In this document: positions 1 to 15,120 of the stretch, piece after piece | Layout: each line of letters begins with the position of its first letter | Numbering within the stretch: position 1 is the stretch's first letter | Origin: Lingula anatina | Taxonomy: Eukaryota; Animalia; Brachiopoda | Direction: 5' to 3' | NCBI GenBank assembly: GCA_051362555.1 | Contig: CM120641.1 | Coordinates: forward strand, 28,836,401 to 28,900,400 | Length of the DNA: 64,000 nt | Position numbers and translations under genes: made by a program | Notes under the pieces: model-generated | Told to the model about the DNA's origin: nothing | The model's database searches: none | The model's input: the letters and a program-made list of their open reading frames with translations, nothing else

Positions 1-2511
1 TGTAGTTAAGATTTTTAAATATGTATCAGTAATATGGGAGTGTATTGAGCTTAATATGGGCCCAACAATGACTTATATAGAAAGGAAAAAATGTCATAGC
101 CAGACCCAACAGCCTAAAAGGCTCATATTCTGTAAATTCTGTTTCAGTGCGTGAGTACTTGGCATCTGACTACAAGATATGGAATTCGCACGGAGATGCT
201 CAAATGACATTTGCTCCTACTTTACCAAGCTGACAGACACCCACAGACTGAAGTAAATGATTTAAATGTGTTGAATGCTTGACAATCACTGTCACTTTGA
301 TGGTGGCTGTTTCAGGAAAAGATAATGAATTATTTTTCAGGAATATGAATTATCAAAAGGAAAGAGTTTACTAAAAGGCAAAAGGGGTGATTTATCATTT
401 GAAAGTTAACTGTGTTTTGTGAATGATTGGCATTGTATGCCATGTTAAAATATTAAAAAACATTGTTAAAATGTTGAAATTCAAAATGGCCCAAAGAGAT
501 GTATTAGTGAGGTATGAAGATGATTTTCTTCCATGCGGAATATCTTTCTTAATAACTTGATTAATCCAGTAAGACATCAGCAACTAGTGGTAAAATAACA
601 GATAAGATAAAATAGTTATGTTGAAAATGTCAAACAATATTAGATAATCAGGAGACAGTTAAAAGTTCTTCAACTAAGGTGTTAAAAGATAGTACTATAA
701 TAGTGCATGTATGTATCATTCCACAAAAAAGTGATCATATTTTAGTCAAGTTAATGAAGAAGACTGAGTGTGCAACATGTGCATGGCTGTTTTGTATCAC
801 TCAATAATTACTGTTGATTTTTTTTTTTTTGTAGAGAATACTGCATTGTTGAAGTCAAAATACTCACAAATATTGCTTTCTTCTTAAATCATGGTTTTAG
901 ACTGATAAAACATGTATCGTGAAGCTTTCCATGAAATAGAGGACATAACTGTCTTGACATCATCTTATAAATCATCTCCTTTGTGTCATGTCAAGCTCTG
1001 CAACTTACGTATTGCCTTCCTTTGTAATGTAAAAAGGATGTTACCAAATGGTATAAGTAATAACATTGCATGTTGCTTTGTTTACAAATATTTTGTTAGG
1101 TTTGTAAAAGAATAAATTTATACATAACCGTGAGATCCTATTAATTACGTATGATGAAGAAGATTAATAAATCAATTTGAAGTATTTGCAGAATTTCTAG
1201 AAAGTTTTGCATCATATGTTTATATCTCCATCCTTATAAGTGTGGGATCCAGTAAAGACACCAAACACAATAAATAGCTTTGTTGATATTTAGTCAGTGA
1301 ACAACACTTTTCATATTTTTTTTACTCAAATAAGATATTACAATTTTACTTTAAGTAATTTACCAGGTAATCAGAATTTTCAGGATTGATAAGAATTATT
1401 AAACTATGACATGACCAAGGTTAATGGTAGCCAGCTAAACAAACAAGTTTTGAGGGGCTGCATCAATATACATACCTATACAAGTGGTACCAGAATGTGC
1501 TAGTGGTACCTTTACATTTTGCATTGATACAATTTTGTTATAGTCCTGTGGGGTTCAGGCAGGACATAATTTAGGTCATAGAAGAAAAGAAAAAAACCTG
1601 GGAATATGGCAATGTGATATCACCTATACTTCATATACATTGTATAGCAGCTTATGCATGCTAACAGTGACACCAGTAGCTTCATGTGTCTCTGTGAACA
1701 GCGCTGAAGAGAGAAAAGTTGATATGTTGTTATGGTTCTGAATACCAGAGTGTAAAGATCCTACCAACATGTTGTATGTGGTATTAAATGTTGATAAGAT
1801 ATGATGTCTTTTATCTGTACACATGAGGAAAATGAATTTGTGATCAAAGGTGTTAGTAGCAGTGACTGAACTTAGGCAGTCCTGAATAAATTGGAATCTG
1901 TGACATCATTATCACTAACGTGAAAAAAATTTAATTAAAAAGAAAGAAAAACAATCAAAGGAACGAGCAAAAAAAAACAAAAAAAAAAAAAAAAACGGTG
2001 GATTCCATGAAGCTGTATTAAAAGAATTGAATTGAAATGATAAATGAATTAATTTTAATGCACCACTATTTTTATAACATAATTATGTGGTGTATTATTA
2101 AAATAAGGTCTTTTTTACATTGATAATCCCACCGCTTTTGCAGGGGGGGTGGGTGGGGGGGGGGGGCTGGGACAATGCATTAGCAGACCTACTAGAACAC
2201 CACTACATAGTGAAAAATTCTGGTATTAACGTAACTAAGGAATACAAAAGAACTGACACCACAAATAATCCTTGCGGAACTGGTGAGTTGGAGGCTGTCA
2301 TATTGACAGCTGAGACGAGGGATCGGGTTTCCCAATTTGTTTTCATTTAGCAAAAATAGAATAATGAAATTGCATGGGGTTTTATATCCTACCAATATTA
2401 ACATGTTGTTTGTACTGCCTTAGGCCTGTTTCTACGTGTTTCTACAACGAAATCGTGATTCTGGTTTAAGATCTAAAATCATTGTAGTGGGAAATGTTGT
2501 TGAAAAATACA

Positions 2512-2553
<42 letters not shown>

Positions 2554-2996
2554 GACAAAGTACGGGTACTCAGTATGTTTCGTCTCTTCATGCCTTCGAT
2601 CTCCTTGCCTGTGCGTACCGATAAAAACGTTTTAACCGCAGTTTGGCGTCATATCGATCTTTAATTGGTGTCACGCATGGATACATAACAGCTTTTACAT
2701 CGTGAAGGCCAATTTAGAGCTTTGCAGTCATATTGTAATTAATTAATCGATTCAACGATACGTGTACTACATGTTCACGATAATTTGCTCTGCGTAGCAC
2801 AGTAGCTCTGATTTATCCCGACGGCCAGCGGGTTTGAATAGCAGGCCTAAGTTATGACTACATATTTTGTACCCCTTTATTATCCGTAAATGTTATTCTA
2901 TAGAATTTGATCAATGGTAGTTCTCCTGAATAGAGTATGTAGTAAGCAAACAAAAACCAAGTCGGTGAAAAGAATGAGTGTGCGGGGCGACCTTGG

Positions 2997-3024
2997 GTTG
3001 CCATGCTGCGTTGCCAACGACAAC
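2997..3024 (+). promoter_or_regulatory. Tandem RFX X-box-like motifs upstream of the EFCAB6-like gene
   Basis: GTTGCCATG (2997) and GTTGCC-AAC-GACAAC (3010-3024) resemble the X-box consensus GTNRCC(N0-3)RGYAAC and lie ~115-140 bp upstream of the ATG at 3138. Confidence 0.5.
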
Positions 3025-3137
3025 AAAACTGCTGTTTGAGCACACTGAACACAGTAGGACAACGTAGACGCTATAGAAGAGAGTAAGAGAGAAGAGTCGT
3101 ACGGTGAGAGAAAAAAAAGCTGTAATTTACGTTAAAA

Positions 3138-3631
3138 ATGTCGCAGCTCGGGGTTTCAAGACCCGCGACGGGTTTTGGGAAGCTACCCGAGATTCAGCAC
3201 CCCTTATCCAGAATGTCAAACCCAGAGAAGTTGGATGTCCGAGGGTTTTCACGTGCCGGGGATCGGCCTGCCTCACAGATGAATGGAAGGCCTTTAGCGG
3301 CAGAAAACAACTATATGTCTCCACGTAGACTTAATACAAGCGCTGGACGCCAATCCAAGAACCAGCTCCGTCATTCCATGCCCGAGCTGACGCATGAGAG
3401 TATCCCAGAAGGAATTGAAATTACCCATGGCGATCCCAGTAAAACGCGACTACCTGTCTTTGGTAAGTAACAGTGTTGGTAGGAAAGATTAGGGTAAACT
3501 ATAAACACTTTATTTTTACACCAAAAATAAAGTCAATGAAATGATATTAAAATATGCCATCGTGTATAAAATGATTTTTGTTTCCCTCGTGAAAATTCTT
3601 AATAGTTTTTATTTGATAAAAGACGCTTGGT

Positions 3632-3667
<36 letters not shown>

Positions 3668-6600
3668 AATGGTTATATCTTTGATAAAACTTTATAATGA
3701 TGATAAAACAGGAGTATTTTTTTTTTTCATTTATCTGTCACAGCAATTGGGAAATTGTATTACTTGTTATCTTGAACATTTCTCAGCCCTTGTTATCGCA
3801 CTAGTAATACATGTGAACCACACGCAGTGAATTCCGTCTGACCTAAAATATTTCAGGGTTATAGAGATTTATGGTATTTAATGCAAACCTGTTATTTACT
3901 TCATTCTTTATTTCGGTTATTGTAACTCCAGAGAAGATTTAACTGACACCTTTTTTTATTTTAAACACAACAGTAAACACACGACACTTAAAGAGCAGCA
4001 ACAACCAAATAAAAGATCGTCGTGTTTATTTGACCTACACCTTTGTGTGTGTCACGAACTCTGTTATCGCATATTGCTGTTCAAATTTTGCTATCTCTCA
4101 ACAAGCAAGTGATGGGCATTTCGGAGTGGTCAAGTATTTGGAAAGGTTTGGTTGGTAGGGATTATTGTAGACAGTGTCTATAACAATCACCAAACATCGA
4201 CTAAATGATACATCGCATCTTGGTCAGCACTGATTCAGAACTCTAAATTGAAGCGGCACATATTTTACAAAAAGCACTAAAGTGAAGTTAATAACATTTC
4301 TGGCAAGTAAATTTGCCACATTGTACATTTCTCGACATTGATGAAATTAAATGAGCCACATCCTGCAAGTGCACTGTATGGGAATACTAATGACGGAAAC
4401 ACGCTCCAAACGTCAGTAATTCCGGCAGCAGCATGACCAAACACAAATGGTAATACTTCGATTAAGACCTGCAACTCGATCTCCACCTCCCACTGCGTCA
4501 GACAAAGTTTGTTTTTGATTAAACACAAGCTGGAAACCTTCGTGAAGTGTCTGCAATATATGAGGGATTAGTGTGTTTGAAATCACGACCAAAAATATGA
4601 CTAGGAAAAAAAAAAAAAAACGCTAGCGCTTTCTCCTTAGCATTAGGATTGGAATGCATGTTTTCATTGCCAGACGTATATCATGTACATTAGCGCTACA
4701 TAGCATAAATCATGAGCCAGTGTATGTATAATCACTCTTAAATATGAAAAATCTGAAGCATACGATAGCAAGAAAATTATAATTAGATCAAGGCAATAGT
4801 TATAATTACATTTGATAAATTAGGTGTATGCACGATACAGTTAGAAAAGGGTTGAAATGACATTTAATAAACTTTTGCCTTACTTCAGGGATATCAAATC
4901 AGGTGTAGGAATCGTATGAATTGAATATAGCCAAGCAATATATGATATATACGCTAACAATTAAGAGTTTTCAAACTTACTAACTGTGTGCATTTTTGCT
5001 GCCTTTTCCTAAATCAAACTTAAGCAAAAATTTGTTTTTCTTTATCTTATCTGATTGGTTCTTGTTGTTAACAGGCAGCCGTGCCGAGGTGGCAAGCAGG
5101 GCTGAGATGGGCAGTCGGCTGGCTTCCAGGATGTCTAGGCCAGGCACTCAGGCCAGGCTGGAAATAGATGAGGTAGGTGAATTTTTTTAAAGACCATTTG
5201 GGAGAGGGATTAAGTTGGTATTTTTCACAGACTATACAAATTTTGCCTACTACAAAACCCCAAACTTGTGTTAAGAAACCCCATGGGGGGGGGGGGGGGG
5301 GGTATACAGGTGGTGAGAAGAATAAGAAAATAATGATTTGCTAATTATATCACTCATTCTTATATGTATCTCAACAGTGTAAATCCTGTTTTAAAAAATA
5401 ATACAAAATAATAAATAAATACACAATCTCAGAAAATTTACATTAATCACCATTTAATTTAGCATATAAGAGAGACAAGTTAAATATAACACAACTAATT
5501 TAAAACATTTTTGCTTGTTTTCATCATTAGACCTAAAATGTTAGAATTGTAATGAACACTACAAAGGTAATTTTTTGTTTTATCTCAATTTCAGCTCGAA
5601 ATGCTTCTGAGAGAGAAGTCAAAGGGTGGATTTTATGAACTGAGAAAGAGATTCAAGGACAATGATCCAGAAGGCAAAGGCAATGTGACAAGGTGTGTAT
5701 ATAATCTGGGCATAAATTTATGTATTAAAATGTATTCCTTTTCATAAGTAAGAATGACATCATCAGTAAAACAGAAGTCAGCAAGATTTATTTTCAATTG
5801 TATGAGAATATGAAAACTGGCATATTTAAAAATGAAATAAACCTTTCATATTAAATGTAACCAGAAAGAAAAATTTAGGAAATCCACAGAGTACCTGATC
5901 AGTCTGTTTTTATTTGATTAACCCTGGAGTAGGTCATGTTAGCATGAGTATTCTGTTAGTTCATTATCTCACACACTGATGTTTGTTAACTTGTGCAAGT
6001 TAGTGCCCAAAATGCACCTGTCCTCCGCAACAAATAACTTAAATACTGACTGCACAAAAACTGAATGCCCCATGCCCAGAGGAATATTTACAGCCACTAA
6101 ACTACAAATCTGCAACAGTAGCCATTAGGTCAACAAACCCACGATCTCAAATATTAGTACTAGTACAAGGTGACATAAGAAAGCTTCAACAATAACCAAC
6201 TGAAAGTAAACAAATTTGTTTAAAACGAGTGATCCAGAACAGCAAATCGGTTATGGCAAAAGGGTACACAAGCAGCTGAAGTGTTCTTATTATTTAAAAG
6301 CTTAGCAGTGGTATTTAGTTCGATTTTGTTTTTTTGTTTTTGGAAAAGAACTGCTTTCTATTGTAAATTGTATTTCACTTGGCTCTGGATCAAGGCAGAC
6401 TAAGCTGGTGCAGGGTCTGAGGCATAATGCAGTTACTGCTGCAAGATTAGTCCCAGGACTGATAAATTTTATATATGAAACTAATTTATTGAATATGGTA
6501 ATAACTCGATCTTTTCAAATTGAGGAAAATTTTACAGATAATGAATTTTTAAGTAATGCTTTCTTAAAATAAAGTATTCCTATTGAATGGTAGCAACAAG

Positions 6601-9600
6601 ATTTAAAAAGCAGGGTACGCTATAGTTAATTTCTTTGCAGTAAAAGCACTCTTAATGTTATATAAAAATATAATTTTGTGATTATAAAATTATGTATCTG
6701 AAAGTTTTATAATTTTTGCCCATTGAAAAGATCAAGTATAAATACCTTAAGTTATAAATTTGAATTTGGCATGATATCCACCCTGAAAAAATGATGATTT
6801 ATTTTTTCTAAAGATATGTATTTTAAAGAAAGAGAAACATAAATGTTTTAATTTATGGATTATTTTTTCAGAGAGGCACTAGCTCGCATTATTGTCACCT
6901 TCCTGGGACGTCCCCTCAGCAACACACAATTCTCCAGACTCCTCGAGAGATTTGCTTTGGCAGACAAAACTGTGGTGTCCTTTACAGAATTCTTTGCCAT
7001 CTTCCGTGATGCGGCTTCCTCAGAATATCCTCGCTGGATGGATCCAGTCCATAGACATCACCAGGAAAAAGTGACCATGAATGCAGCCCAGGTTCATGCA
7101 CAGTTGAAAGAGAAAGCAAAACAAAGGTTAGTTTTATTAATCACTCTCTTTATGGCAATATTAAGTCCAATCCAACTTGGAAATTTATTTACTAAATCTG
7201 CTGTCTTTTAAATTTTAAAAAACATAATTTATGAATAATACTTTGAGTAAATGGTGTGTAGTTTTAATGTAACAGTTTTCTTACTCATTCATATTAATTA
7301 AATCAGTTATAATTCAACTTTTTGTGTTTTCTCTTTACATATTGTTTCATATTCTTTTCATTTAGATTCCTGGATATGGCAGATTTGATTCCCCAGAGCA
7401 ATCCTGGAGGCACAGGAAGGCTTCTGAAGCCAGAGTTCAGAAATGCTCTCAACAAGATGATGTTCTTCATGGACGATGACGAGTTTGAAAAACTTTGGGA
7501 AAGGTAAAAACTTGTATGGCCATCCCCCCGATTTATTTATTTATTTATTTATGCATGACATATTTTACATCATGCTTAAACACAAAGTATTTTCAGAAAC
7601 TTTTTTTGGTTTGTTCTATTTAATGACATATACTTCTCATCTCTTAAATTATTAAATTAAAAAGTAAGCAAGTATGCTACTTCACCTATTGCTTGGATAC
7701 TGGGTATGGTTTATAAATAGAAGAAATGAAGCTAAATTTTCAATAATTGAATATTTCAGGTATGACACAGAAGGATATGGTACTATTGATGGAAAAAAGC
7801 TGATGAAGAAATTGGGGATCGATTTAGCAAATGGCACAGCTGGCAAGACAAGCCCACGATTAAGCCCTATTCCAGAAGGTTTGTATTAATTGCATATAGT
7901 TAAAGGTGTTTTCTGCTCACATTTTAAACTTAATCTTAATTTTTTACAGCTTTTGTTAATGTAATAATGCATATCCATTTTTTTTAAATATCCAAGACTA
8001 TTTTATGGTTTTGTCAATTTAAATTGTTGTAGCTCAAGAAAAAAACATATTAATAGAGAAAAAATAATATTAAAAACACAGTCAAATTTCAAAATATCCC
8101 TTCCTCTACCTCTCTGTTAATTTTTCGTACCAGGTGGCAGAAGATCAGGCATGGCTAGATCACCAAGGAAGAAGGAGGCGGATCGTCAGAGGTCCCTGGG
8201 AATTGAAAACTGGTTGAAAAACAAATTTAGAGAGGGATGCCAGAACATGAGAGTGGCTTTTGAAACATATGATGAGAAAAACACAGGAATGGTAAGATAT
8301 CATTATTTCTATTGTTACACTCTTTATTGACTTTAATTCTTGGAAATCATCCTATTTACATGTCGTACTCATTAAAAAAAACCCTACAAAGTCCCTACAA
8401 AGTCAGATTCTTACTTTTAGAGTAGTTAATTATTCTGCATAATTACATTTCCGAAAGCAGATATGAGTACAAAGTTTATTTCTTATAAAAATAATTTGTG
8501 ATATGTGTCACCATACTTAAAATTTGATGAAATACCAAAGTCTAAAATTTATGGACGTAAATATTATCATAATTGTACACCAATTTGGAATAAAACTATG
8601 ATTATTTGTCATAGCTTATATATTATATATTTATCACAATGTAATATCAGTCATAAACATTAATTCTCAATGTATTTACAATACAGGTCAGTGCAGAAAA
8701 CTTCCTGACAGTGCTGAATGAGTTTGGTTTGAAGCTTGAGAAGCCTCACTTGGAGGAGTTTCTGGCCAGAGCTAACATCGAGCTGCAGAGGCAAGGTGTA
8801 AAATATAGAGAATTCCTTCACAGATTCCAAGACCGCAGTGAGGCTGGCATGCCACATAAGATACTTTCCAACCCAAAACACAGGTATGTTTACAGAAAAT
8901 TGCACCAGGTTTGGTAGCTTGTTTAAAATACAACCCTTAAGTTTATTAGATATAAGTGTTAAGATATATGATATACAGGGGTATAAAGGAAAATTTGCCT
9001 CTGTGTAGCAAAGTTGAGGCATGTATCTCCATGAAAAATTAATATTGTCTTAGTCATTATCTATTAAAAAATATGCTCATTCTGTTATGAATCTCGGGCA
9101 TGTCTTTTCCATTATAGTGAGCTCATAGTGTCTTTCAAGGGGTTACGCAAGAATGCAAGTGTTTTAAGATTTTTTTTTCCGTATTTCAGGTACAACAAAT
9201 CTCGTGCAGGAAGTGCAGGTGGCAAATCAACAGTGAGTGCACTGGAGGCCCAAATCATGAACATGTTCCAGACAGATTTCCTGGCTCTTTTGGGGACATT
9301 CCAGTAAGCATCATTTGATTTATTTGAATATCTCTGTTCATTTCATAAAAAATAAATAAAAGTACTTGCTTTCCATACAGAGTTTTTAGTTTGTGTTTGA
9401 TAGCTACTTTTAGTCATTTTGAATGCAAACTATAAGGTATGACAAAATAAACCAAGATCATTTCACCTATTTTTAGTTTGGGCATTATAGTAACATAGCT
9501 AGATATTCATTTTGTTTCCAGTCCTTCCACATATTTCAACCATTTAACTTTAACAATTCTGATGGCTTTGTTTTGTTTCTTACAGTAAAATTGACAGAAT

Positions 9601-12148
9601 GGGCACAGACCAAATCTCACAGGAAGAGTTCAGAGCTGCCATTGAGAGTCGCTTCAGCCTGAACATGACAGATTTGCAGTTCAATAATCTTATAGATAAA
9701 GTGCCTCTCTCTGAAGATGGATCTGTGAAATATGCTGAATTTATGTCACAGTTTGACACAAGGTAGATTATTTCAATAAATTATACAAGAGAAAGGTATC
9801 TCAAAATTTTCAAAATATCCAGATGATATAATACAGGAAATTTAAATTGAACTCAGACATGGTAGGTTTTTTTTCAAACGAAAGTGAATGATTCCCATTT
9901 TCTTTTTCTTTAAGCTGAGCAGTCATTGTACCATCCAAGTCATTTTCTTCTCTGTATGTGTACTTCTATTGCATGTGACTTAATTTACACTTTCAACTGT
10001 GATTTCAGGGGTAAAGCTCCTAGCTTATTTGAGAAAACTGCTGGAGAACCACAAATGCCAAAACCCAATACCAAGGTGGATAGACTTGTGGTCCAGGAGC
10101 CCATGGATATTGACTCAGAGGTAGAATACAAGCACAGAACAATACCACAGCTCCAGAAAATGATCAAAGATCTGTTACATAATAGATATGCTGAAGTGGA
10201 AAATGCCTTCTATGAACTGGATGAGTCCAACAATCAGAGACTCTCCCAAGAGCTATTCTATCAGCTCATGAAAAAGTAAGTATTGGCACATGATATTTAA
10301 CTTAGAATTTAAATGTTTGAGATCTTGAATTGCATTTTTTGCCATTCAGTTTTATCCTTTTTGTTTAATTTATTAAGCATCTACAATGAGATTTAGTAAT
10401 CTTGATAATAAAAATGTATCAAAATTATGTATGAAAATGATTCTAATGAAATAAATATGAAAATATATGAATGTACTTTTTGAAATGAAAAAGTAATAAA
10501 TAGATTGAAAATTTAAATCACATCTTGATTCCTAAGATTCATAGAGCCAGAGATCACAAGGGGAGAGATCAGAGAGTTATGGAAGACATTCATTCTCAAC
10601 ACACGTAAAACCCTGGATTACCTGGAGTTTGTCCGCCATTTTGGTTACAACGCTAAAGATGCCTCCTTCCCCAATGCCAAACTGTCTCCCCCCAAGAAGG
10701 GTGACTCTGATTTCATGATGAGGTCACGGAAACTGAACTGTGCTGCTGATATGCTTCAAGATAGCCTTCGTGCCAAGGTAAATACCTATCTAATTGAGCA
10801 GTCAAAAATAATTTATAACAGAAAAGTGCTTAATAGAAAGTTCCCAAAAATGCTTAAAATTCAAGTACATTTTTTAAAAAAAGATTATTTTGTTACTCTT
10901 AAATACTATGTATGAATCACTTCTTGAAATATGGTTTTTAACATTTATTTTGAACATTTGATATATTTTAATTATATGATATTTTAGATTGATTACATGT
11001 GGGAGGACTTGAGAAGAGAACTAGTGGATATGGATCCTTATGCTACCCAGTTTGTTACCATTGATGAATTCAGGGAAATCCTGACCGAACTCTGTGTGCA
11101 CCTTAGTGATTATGAATTGGATATGCTGTGCAAAAAGTTTGAGACCAAGAAAGATGGAAGGTTAGCAGGAAAAAATTGTTTTTTTAGTACAACTTAAGTA
11201 AACCACATTCTGTATGCTGAAGTTCACAAAACACATGGGAAAGCTATGGAAATTTCGTTACAAATGATGACAATTTTGTTGATTTCAATGTATTTCAGAT
11301 CTGGCACACGAATTATGGATGACCAGATATGTACGCCTAGTGTAAGCTTAACATTCCACCATCATAATTTAAATTTAATATAACTAAAGGCAATAATATA
11401 ATATTTTTATTTTCCAGAATCAACTATGTAGAGTTCTTGAAGCCATTTGCACTGAAAAAACAAGTATGGCGCCACGGCAACAACATGCTTTCCTTGCTCC
11501 AGCACCCTGCAGCAGAGCTTCCCATTGCTGATATTGTAGAAAATCCAGAGAAGGGACTCACAGGTCTCACAGCCAAACTCAGACAAAAGGTAAAAAAATA
11601 TTTCAAAACAACTTTTCTGTATACATAAAATAATTTTAAATAACTGATTATGGCTCCCTGACTTTCACAGACAACTGAGAACTCGCCTGTATTACGATTT
11701 GGTGGAAAGGACTATTCTTTAGTACTTTGAAACCCTGGGTGGTGGGCCAAACATAGCCAAATCTTTTATGAATTGGTTGGTTAGAAGTGCTTTCAGCCAG
11801 TCATTTCAAATCATAATCTACTGTTTGTGTTTGATTATATTTTAAAGAACTAGTTTACCTTAAATATTGTTATATGTAACATGTTTTATTTACACCATAT
11901 TTCTCATATTCCAGTTGTCTGGTGATTGGAAAAATCTGCGTCGTACCTTTAAGAAACTAGATGTCAACAACGAGGGCTACCTATCAGTTCCCGAGTTCCG
12001 ATCTGTCTTAAAGCTGGCCAATGTGGTCTTAGATGAGGAAGAGGTGTATCAAGTGATGCAGAAGTTTGATGAGAACATGAGTGGGAAGATTCCATATAAC
12101 AAATTCCTCAGTGAGACATTTAAGCAATCTCCACAAAAGGCTGTCTAA
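3138..12148 (+). CDS. EFCAB6: EF-hand calcium-binding domain-containing protein 6-like (multi EF-hand), 15 coding exons, ~921 aa
   Basis: GT-AG exons with consistent phases: 3138-3462, 5075-5172, 5595-5692, 6872-7126, 7366-7503, 7760-7878, 8134-8291, 8687-8883, 9190-9303, 9586-9762, 10009-10275, 10537-10777, 10988-11160, 11418-11589, 11915-12148 (sum 2766 nt). Repeated EF-hand loops include FKDNDPEGKGNVTRE, YDTEGYGTIDGKKL, FYELDESNNQRLSQELF and FKKLDVNNEGYLSVPEF. The family call rests on this repeated EF-hand-pair architecture; strict orthology is not verified. Confidence 0.85.
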
Positions 12149-14399
12149 AATGTTCCAATTAATTGCCTTTTCTGTTAGCCTAGGTATCTGTAAGCATTGC
12201 CATAAAGGAAAGATTTGGTTCTGGCATTTTTGTCCAAGTTATGGATTAATATTTTTTGCTATGATATATCAAATAAAACCACAAAGCATATAGAAGTGAA
12301 GAGGGTAAAAAGAAATGGCACTTGTAAAAGTTGGACATAAAACAAATGGTTTTTCAGATAAGTTCATTTTACTGCCAGTGGTATAATTGGTCCCGGCTGT
12401 ATTTTTTCATAGTATGACCAGGTTTTTTCACACAAACTGGCCTCAGATTTTACTTTTTGTGGATTGAAAAGAATACTAATTGGAGAATACTAATGGTTAC
12501 CTTCAGTGAGGTGTGTTTATGTAAAGTTTTAAATAATTAATGTCTTCTATTTTCTACATGGAAAAAATGATTGCATTAAAAAAATTTAAGGACAATTTAA
12601 CAGTTGGTAATCAACAAATTATTTTAATGTATATTGTTATATTGACAATAATTTCAAAGTTGATTTCTAATCATGACAAGCATAATGAAAGCACAATGAT
12701 TTTGAAATATTTGAATGCAGCATAATATTACTTTTGATAAAATTTATTTTTATTTTATTTTCAAATGGATAAAGATATATTCTCATGTAGTTTACATTGT
12801 AAATAAGGGATAAATCGTTATTTGTATCATAAAATATGATGGTTATGTTGTTTGTCAAAGGGTAAAACTGGCATTTTCCTTTCAAAGCTGAAGTTTAGTT
12901 TTCCACCCCTACAACAATTTGCTCAAAGAGTTAAAATAACAGTATTGTATGTTGATACTCCCACAGTACTAGTAGGTACATGTATACCTCTGAACTTGGC
13001 TTATTTCTGTTGTTAAGTACTGGTGATATTTTGTATTTGTTTAAATATGGATCACAATTTGTAATAAAATCTAAAATCGAAATTTTCTAGTATTTGTTTA
13101 TATTGTGCTTCTCTGCTATCATATACTATCTTTAGCATAATACAAATTTACCTCCTTCAACATGAGTTATCTTATATTCACTGATCATCTTTGAACTAGG
13201 TTGACAAACTGGCTCTGGCACACACCTAATGCAAGTAAAATTGAGTCCATTTGTTCAGTTATTGGCCACTATTTCTGTTTTGAGTCAGCAGATTCTTGGA
13301 CCAAGGCGTTCCAAACTAGAGACAGTAGGCTGATTTTTTTTTTTTTTTTTGGTTGAGACTGTCAACTTATGTAAATTCAATCTGTGAAACACGTCAGGAG
13401 AATTATCTTATGAAAACAAAAGCTATCTCTTGCTGTAACCAATACAGACTCTGGTCAATATGGACAAGTTTAACGCTTCAGAACTGATTGCGTTAGTTGT
13501 GAAAGTTGTGCCAGAGAACACAATAAGTTACCTCTGTGAAATTTATTCACACAGATTTTATATTGTGAACCTTTCACTGTATATAAGGTTGTCAACTCTG
13601 TATGTATCAAAGTTTTTACATAATTCTGAGGACCAATGTCTTTGGGTATTATCATTTCGTGAACACTTTCAAAACTGAGATCTACACATTTTTGAACAAT
13701 CATATTGGAAAACACTTTAAGTCTACCAAATGAAATCCCCTTGATTATACACTCTATTTTAAAGAACTTCAAGATGGAAGGAGTTGATTGTACTAGCTCT
13801 GACTGTGGCTGTAGTATAAAGGCTTGTACTGCTGCTAAGGCTGCACATGCTGTGAATTAACAGCCGAGTTCCAGGTTTAACAAGGTTTTAGCCATGACAT
13901 ATTTCTATATGACGGCATGAGATAAAAGCACAATAAACTGTCACCTATAACATTTGCTGTTTTGCAAATTAAAAAATCTGTGGTGACTAGGTGTTTTTAG
14001 ATAAAGGAATCTTTTTTAAAATGCAATAAAAGGCAAGACTACATTTCACCTTTGCATTATGCATCTATTCTGTTAAAAGAACCTCCCAAAAATATACTGT
14101 AAAAATAGTTACTTAGTATCTGCATAATTGACATAATATTGCCGTTAAATATAAACACCACAGGCCACATAACTTGCACAAACTTAAGCAGTAACTGCAA
14201 TTATAATATTAATTAGAGCCATATTAATGAGCTTCAGTTCCAAATAAATAAAAAAACATTCTATGAAATACACAACATAGAAATGTTTACCAATTTGTTA
14301 ACTTATATTCTGTCCCCAAACTAATGAACGAAACACACATTTCATTCTCTTAATAATAAATTAAAATATGCAATAATGTGAAGTATCATTCATCAAGAG

Positions 14400-14608
14400 T
14401 TTGGTCACAGTCTAGCCCTCTGCCACTTTAACACTCCTGTCACTAGAAACCTCTGCTGAACATTAAACACAATTTCTGCTAAAGTCAGCAGGTCCACAAC
14501 CTTGATACACCATCTGCAACCAGTCACCTTCATGATAACCATCAATCGTCCCCGTTTCTAAACCTTTATCTCTCCACGCATCAGACATCCAGGGAAGATG
14601 CCCCTGAC
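14400..14608 (-). other. UBXN8: Probable non-coding terminal (3'UTR) exon of UBXN8; lower boundary uncertain
   Basis: Donor AAG|GTATAG at 15093/15092 lies 28 nt after the stop. Acceptor TTTACAG|G at 14609/14608 is followed by GC-richer exon-like sequence. Confidence 0.5.
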
Positions 14609-15120
14609 CTGTAAACATATAAATATAGAATCAGCTTACCTAGTTTCTTAATTTGGAAATAAAAGGGTCAAATTAGTCATCAAGATGGCAAAGAAGCTAG
14701 CTGATAGATGATGGAAATATTGATCAGCATTATCAGTCAATGACATCATCTAAGATGCCTCCTTTACCTAGCCAAATAATGGCCAGTTATAACTAGATTT
14801 AACCTTGAAGAGATTATTCATTAACACCTATGAATGTATCATTTGTAATTTCATCATCATTTAACAAAATGACTGAAGATGTTCTTTGGCACGGAAAACT
14901 GCCAAATTGTAATCAAGAAAAAGAAACAGATGCACAACACTAAGCATTTTTTTTTTTTTTTTTTTTTTTTTTTTGCATTTGGCTAAAACATCTGGCATAA
15001 ACCACTTGATCAATAATAAAGTTAATACATGTAGTCGCATATTTTTTTTTAAATTGTTAAATCTGCAAAGAGAGTCTTAAATGTGGCTATACCTTTCCAT
15101 TATAACCTCATAACACATTC

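Noticed and set aside
1000-2700. Divergent minus-strand gene upstream of the EF-hand gene (exon-like 1703-1624 encoding MKLLVSLLACISCYTMYMKY)
   Set aside because: Splice signals are plausible, but I could not assemble a consistent multi-exon ORF or recognise a family. It needs RNA evidence.
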